A program made the translations under genes and the position numbers. DNA of 30,448 nucleotides from Lachnospiraceae bacterium (GTDB taxonomy: Bacteria > Bacillota > Clostridia > Lachnospirales > Lachnospiraceae): assembly GCA_017613225.1 (NCBI GenBank), contig JAGAEH010000204.1:1-30448 (forward strand). The letters are read 5' to 3'. Below the pieces are notes generated by a model, which did not search any database, had not been told where the DNA came from, and saw only the letters and a list, made by a program, of their open reading frames with translations. Positions 24,956 to 30,448 of this stretch are shown here, piece by piece; the stretch's first letter is position 1, and each line of letters starts with the position of its first letter.

Positions 24956-25173
24956 TGCCGTCAAAGATCCCCATCCTGAGACCTGCGCAGGTGATACGTG
25001 CACTGGAAAAAGCCGGGTTCAGGTTTGTCTCTCAGATCGGGAGCCATAGAAAGTACAGCGATGGGAAGCATACCGTGATCATACCCATGCACCGTGAACT
25101 GGCAGGGGGAACTCTGCGGAGCGTTCTTCTCCAGGCAGACATGACAATAGAAGAACTGAGTTTATATCTGTAA
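24955..25173 (+). CDS. hicA: HicA family mRNA interferase toxin
   Basis: GTG start overlapping the hicB stop (TAGTG); VIRALEKAGF..VSQ.GSH.KY, V.IPMH.EL..GTLRSVL.QA with the catalytic GSH motif. Confidence 0.88.
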   Translation: MPSKIPILRPAQVIRALEKAGFRFVSQIGSHRKYSDGKHTVIIPMHRELAGGTLRSVLLQADMTIEELSLYL

Positions 25174-25179
25174 ACAGTC

Positions 25180-25207
25180 AAAAAAGAGGGAGCCCGCGGG
25201 CTCCCTC
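25180..25207 (-). terminator. Terminator between the convergent hicA and DUF4914 genes
   Basis: GAGGGAGCC-CGCG-GGCTCCCTC; the A tract on the left gives a U tract on the minus strand. Confidence 0.75.
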
Positions 25208-25231
25208 GTCTCATGTCGATGCTTCTGTGGC

Positions 25232-27133
25232 TTACCGCACGATGTCCATGGGCGTCAGCAGCAGGTACTCCTCCAGCGGAGCGTCGTTCATCACCAGCTG
25301 GATGATCTGATGGCCCAACGGGGAGAGCTCTTCCACGTCGAACTCCTGCAGCTGCTCCTTGAAGTAGTCGGTCAGGATCTTGGCGCCTTCGTCGTAGCCC
25401 TTCTCACCCAGACGGCTCTGCAGCTCGGGGCGCAGGAAGGTCTGACGGATGTACTGGCCGTCGATCTTCATTTCTTCCAAAGAATAGCCGAACAGCGGGC
25501 AGCGGGCCGGGATCAGGTGGCGCTTGCGCACCTGGCCGACACGGCGGGAGAGGAACTCGCGGGAGAGCCACTCGCCCACGAAGCCCACGTGGTAGGCGCC
25601 GATGTGCTGGTTCGGGATCAGGATGTTCAGGGTGTTGGGAGTGCGGACGAACTGCTCCAGCAGCAGGTTGGCCTGGGTCACTTTCTTGCCGGTGCAGAAG
25701 GGCCAGTAGGAGCCCACGCCCTCGGACTTCAGCGCGTTGAGGCCGCTGTTGTCGTTGATGGAGGGGTTCTTGAAGCCGCGGGGGGAGATCAGGCGCCAGA
25801 CCCATGCCAGGGACGGCGGAATGATCTGCAGCATGCCCATCACGCCGTAGGTGGGTTCCTTGGAGGTGGACGGAGGCATGCGCACGCCGAAGGAGCGGAT
25901 GTTGACTTCCTGAGGCCTGTTGCCCGGCACGATGGAGTGGACCATCTCACGGGGAATGATCACGCGGGGGTTGGCGCAGGGCACGCCGTTGGAATCCGGA
26001 TAGTGCTCCCAGGGCAGGCAGGTGGCGCCGGGAACGCCGTCCAGGTTCAGGAACTCCAGGGGCCTGGAAGGATGGATGCTGATCTTTTCGTAATCAGGGT
26101 TGCTGCCGTAGGCAGTGTCGCCGTCCATGCGGAGGAACCAGCCCTCCTCGGCGTCGGCGATGGTCAGGTAGCCGGAGGCGTCCTGGAAGCGGTAGTGGGC
26201 CATGACCATGTCGTCCGCGATGGGATGCAGGCTGCAGGTCTCACCCACGTTGATGTAATATTTCTCACGGGTCTGGGTATGGGTGCCGATCAGCACGCGG
26301 CCGTCGTCCTCCTTGGGGATCTCCTCCAGCATCTCGCTCTTGCCGCCGCCGGAAGCGCCTTCGTGCATGAACACGATCTCGTTTTCATAAGGGGTCTCAA
26401 CCAGTACAGCGGAGGCGTGGTTGGTGACCCAGCCTTCGTGTTCGCCGATGTCCAGCAGGATGGAGAACACGCCCTTCTTGGCAGAGGGGCCGGGATACAG
26501 GTTGTAGGCAAAGACTTCGTGCAGCTTCGCGGAGCGGTTGTGGACCACTACCTGTTTGCCGTTGAAGTGGGTGTGCCGGAAGGGCGGCGCCACGTACAGG
26601 ATGGAACGGGGCGTGAAGTCGTCCGGAAGGTCGTCGATGGTGATGAAGCCCTGCATGCCGGCCAGCGCGAAGGCGAAGAAGGCCGCGTTCTGAGGGCAGA
26701 CCATCAGGCTGGGATAGCCGTAGTAGCGGCCGCCGGCGTAGAAGGGCAGCAGAATGAGCTGCTGCTTGGCCAGCCAGTCCAGCGTCTCCTTGCGCAGATT
26801 GCTGAAGGGATAGCCGTAGACGTCCGCGAAACGGGGCTTGTCGGTGGGCAGATCGTCGCCGATGCGCATGCAGTCGGGATCGCGCTTGCGCATGTAGTCC
26901 TCCATGAAGTTGACCACGGGGCCGTTCTTGGCGCGGACCACGTCCGCCTCCTTGATCAGGCCGGTGCCTGCGATCATGTAGGTGACATCGTATTTATCGG
27001 AATGGGAGGGCCCATAACAGAGCTCGTGCAGTTCCTCTCTGCTTTCGGGGAAGCAGACGCTGCGTGCCTTTTTGATGGTTTCCATCAGATCCTTCGGCAG
27101 ATGGAATTTCTCGAAATAGGAATTGGTGATCAT
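25232..27133 (-). CDS. DUF4914 family protein (PEP carboxykinase-like P-loop protein)
   Basis: ATG after AAAGGAG, 633 aa. NYxEDYMRKRDPDCM.IGD.LPTDK, KKGVFSILL.IGE.EGWVT.HAS, MHEGASGGGKSEM, IADD, SEGVGSYWPF.TG; family name from recall of these motifs. Confidence 0.8.
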   Translation of the reverse strand: MITNSYFEKFHLPKDLMETIKKARSVCFPESREELHELCYGPSHSDKYDVTYMIAGTGLIKEADVVRAKNGPVVNFMEDYMRKRDPDCMRIGDDLPTDKPRFADVYGYPFSNLRKETLDWLAKQQLILLPFYAGGRYYGYPSLMVCPQNAAFFAFALAGMQGFITIDDLPDDFTPRSILYVAPPFRHTHFNGKQVVVHNRSAKLHEVFAYNLYPGPSAKKGVFSILLDIGEHEGWVTNHASAVLVETPYENEIVFMHEGASGGGKSEMLEEIPKEDDGRVLIGTHTQTREKYYINVGETCSLHPIADDMVMAHYRFQDASGYLTIADAEEGWFLRMDGDTAYGSNPDYEKISIHPSRPLEFLNLDGVPGATCLPWEHYPDSNGVPCANPRVIIPREMVHSIVPGNRPQEVNIRSFGVRMPPSTSKEPTYGVMGMLQIIPPSLAWVWRLISPRGFKNPSINDNSGLNALKSEGVGSYWPFCTGKKVTQANLLLEQFVRTPNTLNILIPNQHIGAYHVGFVGEWLSREFLSRRVGQVRKRHLIPARCPLFGYSLEEMKIDGQYIRQTFLRPELQSRLGEKGYDEGAKILTDYFKEQLQEFDVEELSPLGHQIIQLVMNDAPLEEYLLLTPMDIVR

Positions 27134-27191
27134 GATAGCTCCTTTACTGAAGTATGATTCACGGCTGGCTGAAAGCAGCCTAATCAAAATC

Positions 27192-27220
27192 ATTATAATA
27201 GATATTAATTTAACATACAA
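27192..27220 (-). promoter_or_regulatory. sigma-A promoter of the DUF4914 gene
   Basis: Minus strand TTGTAT (27220-27215), 17 nt, TATAAT (27197-27192). Confidence 0.65.
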
Positions 27221-27266
27221 GCACTAATTGGGGCGGGAGGATTCGAAATAAAATGAGATTTTCTCC

Positions 27267-27295
27267 TTGACATTGCCCAAACCTGTCGCTATAAT
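27267..27295 (+). promoter_or_regulatory. Consensus sigma-A promoter of tRNA-Pro/tRNA-Glu
   Basis: TTGACA, 17 nt, TATAAT. Confidence 0.88.
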
Positions 27296-27306
27296 ACCCT
27301 TTGCAT

Positions 27307-27380
27307 CGAGGCGTGGCTCAGTTTGGTAGAGCGCTGCGTTCGGGACGCAGAGGTCGCAGGTTCAAATCCTGTCGCCTCGA
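27307..27380 (+). tRNA. tRNA-Pro (anticodon CGG)
   Basis: CGAGGCG/CGCCTCG acceptor stem, CTGCG-TT-CGG-GA-CGCAG anticodon arm, GCAGG-TTCAAAT-CCTGT T arm. Confidence 0.97.
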
Positions 27381-27405
27381 CTAAGGAGTCAGCTTTGATC
27401 GATGA

Positions 27406-27477
27406 GGCCGATTGGTCAAGCGGTCAAGACGCCGCCCTCTCACGGCGGAAACAGGGGTTCGATTCCCCTATCGGCTA
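27406..27477 (+). tRNA. tRNA-Glu (anticodon CTC)
   Basis: GGCCGAT/ATCGGCT acceptor stem, CCGCC-CT-CTC-AC-GGCGG anticodon arm, AGGGG-TTCGATT-CCCCT T arm. Confidence 0.96.
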
Positions 27478-27479
27478 CT

Positions 27480-27507
27480 GCCGGAGCGTGAAAGCTCCGG
27501 CTTTTTT
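27480..27507 (+). terminator. Intrinsic terminator after tRNA-Glu
   Basis: GCCGGAGC-GTGAAA-GCTCCGGC-TTTTTT. Confidence 0.88.
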
Positions 27508-27562
27508 GTTGCATTCTTATCGTTTTTTCGCGTAAAACCGTCACTTTTCGCGGAAAAAGTGC

Positions 27563-27591
27563 TTGCAATCCGCAGAAACACGTGCTATAAG
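27563..27591 (+). promoter_or_regulatory. sigma-A promoter of the rimP-nusA-infB operon
   Basis: TTGCAA (27563-27568), 17 nt, TATAAG (27586-27591) with TGn. Confidence 0.7.
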
Positions 27592-27617
27592 AGTATTGTT
27601 GCATATTTGGATGATAG

Positions 27618-27641
27618 TGGAGTGGACGCGAGTCCGCTCCA
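27618..27641 (+). ncRNA. rimP leader hairpin
   Basis: TGGAGTGGAC-GCGA-GTCCGCTCCA, a GNRA-capped hairpin in the rimP 5' UTR, where Firmicutes carry a conserved rimP leader. Confidence 0.55.
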
Positions 27642-27664
27642 TCGACTTTATAGAGGGAATTATC

Positions 27665-28132
27665 GTGACCGGAGCAAAGCTTTATGAGGCCAGAACAGAG
27701 GAGATCCTGGCTCCCTTCCTGGCGGAACGCAAACTGGATCTGTTCGATGTGGAATTCGTCAAGGAGGGCAGCGAGAGGTACCTGCGGGCCTACATCGACA
27801 AGGACGGCGGCGTGACCATCGACGACTGCGAAACGGTGAGCCGTTTTCTCAGCGATGAACTGGACAAAGAGGACTTCATCCCCGAAGCCTATATTCTGGA
27901 GGTGAGCTCCCCCGGGCTGGGCAGGCAGTTAAAGAAGGACCGCCACCTGGAAAAGAGCCTGGGAAAGGACGTGGACGTAAAGCTCTTCGCGGCCGTGAAC
28001 GGGGAAAAGGAGTTTTCCGGAACACTGGAACGTTTTGACAAAGATGTGCTGGTCCTGGGAATGGAAGACGGGACAGACATGAACATAGATCGGAAAAATA
28101 TCGTGCTGATCAAGTTAGCTTTTGATTTTTAA
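27665..28132 (+). CDS. rimP: Ribosome maturation factor RimP
   Basis: GTG start after AGAGGG; DVEFVKEG..RYLRAYIDK.GGVTIDDCE.VSR, Y.LEVSSPGL.R.LK. Confidence 0.96.
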   Translation: MTGAKLYEARTEEILAPFLAERKLDLFDVEFVKEGSERYLRAYIDKDGGVTIDDCETVSRFLSDELDKEDFIPEAYILEVSSPGLGRQLKKDRHLEKSLGKDVDVKLFAAVNGEKEFSGTLERFDKDVLVLGMEDGTDMNIDRKNIVLIKLAFDF

Positions 28133-28147
28133 ACGGAGGATCAAATC

Positions 28148-29347
28148 ATGAACACAGAGTTGATTGAGGCAGTCAAGCTTTTGGAGAAGGAAAAAGGCAT
28201 CAGCAGGGACGTATTGCTGGAGGCGATCGAGAGTTCGCTGATCACGGCCTGCAAGAACCACTTCGGCAAAGCTGACAATGTAAAGGCCCATGTGGATAGA
28301 GAGACCGGCGAGACCGAGCTGTACCTGGAGAAGACCGTCGTGGAAGAAGTGGAAGACCCGGTCATGGAGATCAGCCTGGCGGACGCCATGAAGGTGAACA
28401 AGGCCTACCAGCTCGGCGACATCGTGCGGGTGAACATCCAGTCGAAGGACTTCGGCCGCATCTCCACCCAGAACGCCAAGAACGTGATCCTTCAGAAGAT
28501 CCGGGAAGAGGAGCGCAAGTCCGTGTTCGACCAGTTCTCCTCCAAGGAGCACACCGTGGTGACCGGCACGATCCAGCGCCGCTACGGCAAGAGCATCAAC
28601 ATCAACCTGGGCAAGGCCGACGCCACGCTGCCGGAGACCGAGCAGGTCAAGACGGAGAGCTACAATCAGGGCGAGCGCATCAAGGTCTATGTGCAGGAGG
28701 TGAAGAATACCACCAGAGGGCCCAAGATCCTGGTGTCCCGTACCCACCCGGAACTGGTGAAGAAGCTGTTCGAGGCGGAAGTGGCCGAGATCCAGAAGGG
28801 CATCGTGGAGATCAAGGCCATTGCCAGAGAGGCCGGTTCCAGGACCAAGATGGCCGTGTGGTCCAACTCCGTGGACGTGGACGCCATCGGCGCCTGCGTG
28901 GGCGTGAACGGCAGCCGCGTGAACGCTGTTGTGGATGAGCTGAACGGCGAAAAGATCGACATCATCAACTGGAGCGATTCCTCCGCGGAGCTGATCGAGA
29001 ACGCCATCAGCCCTGCCAAGATCATCGCCGTCCTGGCCGATGACGATGAAAAGACCGCCCTGGTGGTGGTGCCGGACTACCAGCTGTCCCTGGCCATCGG
29101 CAAAGTCGGTCAGAACGCCAGACTGGCTGCCAAGCTGACCGGATACAAGATCGACATCAAGAGCGAGTCCCAGGCCCGCGAGATCGTCCTGTTCGACGAG
29201 ATCGGCTACATCGATGATTACTACGACGAAAACGGCAACCTGATCGAGGACTTCGAAGACGTCCAGTATGAGGACGAAGAAGGCGAGTACGAGTACGAGA
29301 CTGCCGAAGAAGGGGAATACGAGGAGACTGTTGTTGACGAGGAATAA
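28148..29347 (+). CDS. nusA: Transcription termination factor NusA with acidic C-terminal tail
   Basis: FGRISTQNAKNVILQKIRE, SRTHPELVKKLFE.EV.EI, AREAG.RTK.AV, GACVG..G.RV..V..EL.GEKIDII, LSLAIGK.GQNARLAAKLTG.KIDIKSE. Confidence 0.99.
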   Translation: MNTELIEAVKLLEKEKGISRDVLLEAIESSLITACKNHFGKADNVKAHVDRETGETELYLEKTVVEEVEDPVMEISLADAMKVNKAYQLGDIVRVNIQSKDFGRISTQNAKNVILQKIREEERKSVFDQFSSKEHTVVTGTIQRRYGKSININLGKADATLPETEQVKTESYNQGERIKVYVQEVKNTTRGPKILVSRTHPELVKKLFEAEVAEIQKGIVEIKAIAREAGSRTKMAVWSNSVDVDAIGACVGVNGSRVNAVVDELNGEKIDIINWSDSSAELIENAISPAKIIAVLADDDEKTALVVVPDYQLSLAIGKVGQNARLAAKLTGYKIDIKSESQAREIVLFDEIGYIDDYYDENGNLIEDFEDVQYEDEEGEYEYETAEEGEYEETVVDEE

Positions 29348-29669
29348 AGTATACGGAATGCTGAGCATTGCCGCGAAGGCTGGCCGCGTAAAGAGCGGCG
29401 AGCTGGCCGCAGAAGAACAGATCCGCGCGGGCAAGGCAAAGCTGGTGATCATAGCGGAGGACGCGTCCGGCAACACGAAGGACAGATTCGCGTCCATGTG
29501 CCGGGGCCGGAGGACTGAGGCCTACGGATACGGAACAAAGGAAGAACTGGGACGCAGCATCGGAAAGGCGGAACGATCGGTGCTGGCAGTCACGGATGAA
29601 GGCCTTGCGGGGGCCATTTTAAAAAATCTGAAAGAGGCGGAGGCAAAAGCTTATGGCAATGGAAAATGA
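29334..29669 (+). CDS. ylxQ: L7Ae/L30e family RNA-binding protein (YlxQ/RplGA)
   Basis: TTG start 7 nt after GAGGAG (start inferred); MLSIAAKAG.V.SGE, AKLVIIAEDAS.NTK, GTKEELG..IGK..RSV.AV.D.G.A. Confidence 0.9.
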   Translation: MTRNKVYGMLSIAAKAGRVKSGELAAEEQIRAGKAKLVIIAEDASGNTKDRFASMCRGRRTEAYGYGTKEELGRSIGKAERSVLAVTDEGLAGAILKNLKEAEAKAYGNGK

Positions 29670-30448
29670 AGAAAAGGTGGTTCGGAAAGTGAAAAGCAAG
29701 ATCGAGGCAGGAGCGGCAGAAGGGGTGAAAAAGCCTGCTGCGGCTGCTGCGCAGACAGTCAGAAAAGTCGTGAAGAAAGCGGAGTCTGCAGCCTCCGACG
29801 GGAGAACTGCGCCCGAAGCAAAGCAGCCGACCGCCAGAAAGCCTGAAGCCACAACGAATCCCGCTGCCAGGACAGCCCCGAAGGCTGCCGAGCCTCAGCC
29901 TGCCGATGACGCCCCCAAGAAGAAAAAGATGACAGTGGTGTTCCGCACACAGAACAGCGCACAGAACAGCCTGAAAGTCCGTCCGGCTGGCGCCGTGCCG
30001 AAGAAGAGACCCGCGCAGCCCGCGGCGCCCGTAAAGCGCGTGCCGAAGAACGTGGAGCTCTCCGGCGACGAGCCGGCAGTCAAGCCCGCGGCGCCGGCTG
30101 AAAAGCCTGCGGAGAAGACAGCGCCCGCGGCCCCCGCGGAAGTAAAGAAACCGGAACCGGCAGTTGTCAAGCCTGTCGAGGCTCCGGAACAGAAGCCTGC
30201 GGAAAAGAAGCCGGAACCCGCTGCCCCGAAGGCAGAGGAAAAGCCCGCGGAAAAGAAACCCGCGGCTGAGCAGCCCGCGGCGCCCGCAAAGCCCGCTGAG
30301 AAAAAGCCCGCGGCGCCCGCGAAGCCTGCTGCTCCTGCGAAACCTGCTGCACCTGCGGCTCCGGAGCGTCCGGCTCCCAGATTCGTGGACATGGCGAAAG
30401 TCCGCGAGGCGGACAAACCCATCCGCAGGACCACCGGCACCTACAGCC
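29653..30448 (+). CDS. infB: Translation initiation factor IF-2, N-terminal region, 3'-truncated by the window edge
   Basis: Open frame from ATG 29653 (GGAGG 9 nt upstream) to the window end. Position after nusA-ylxQ, a KKKKMTVVFRTQNS motif like clostridial IF2 N-termini, and a Pro/Ala/Lys/Glu-rich linker. The GTPase domain is outside the window. Confidence 0.85.
   Translation, partial: MAMENEEKVVRKVKSKIEAGAAEGVKKPAAAAAQTVRKVVKKAESAASDGRTAPEAKQPTARKPEATTNPAARTAPKAAEPQPADDAPKKKKMTVVFRTQNSAQNSLKVRPAGAVPKKRPAQPAAPVKRVPKNVELSGDEPAVKPAAPAEKPAEKTAPAAPAEVKKPEPAVVKPVEAPEQKPAEKKPEPAAPKAEEKPAEKKPAAEQPAAPAKPAEKKPAAPAKPAAPAKPAAPAAPERPAPRFVDMAKVREADKPIRRTTGTYS

Noticed and set aside
25310-27157. 615 aa plus-strand ORF
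   Set aside because: Antisense shadow of the DUF4914 gene, which has the SD, promoter and motifs.

Overview
High-GC Bacillota (Clostridia, Lachnospiraceae-like by gene order and protein motifs) chromosomal window. Core genes: 3' part of alaS, infC(ATT start)-rpmI-rplT with an L20-type leader, holA, rpsT, pta, five tRNAs, and rimP-nusA-ylxQ-infB(5' part). Accessory genes: a divergent ROK regulator, an RND transporter with a long coiled-coil insert, DUF4186, Xaa-Pro aminopeptidase, YihY, an M20 amidohydrolase, a class B sortase pilus cluster (SipA-like pseudo-peptidase, backbone pilin, SrtB, minor pilin, large adhesin), a hicB-hicA toxin-antitoxin pair and a PEPCK-like DUF4914 protein. The most unusual signal is a ~930 bp non-coding block after tRNA-Thr (13213-14133). 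It holds two different four-unit arrays of inverted half-sites with fixed-length but variable-sequence interiors and a period of ~84-86 bp (once 95 bp), i.e. near whole helical turns. Also notable are a tRNA-Pro with an AGG anticodon, a decayed tRNA-Thr fragment 2 kb upstream of the intact gene, tandem REP-like repeats, and no ylxR in the nusA operon. All product calls come from motif recognition by eye; no database searches were run.
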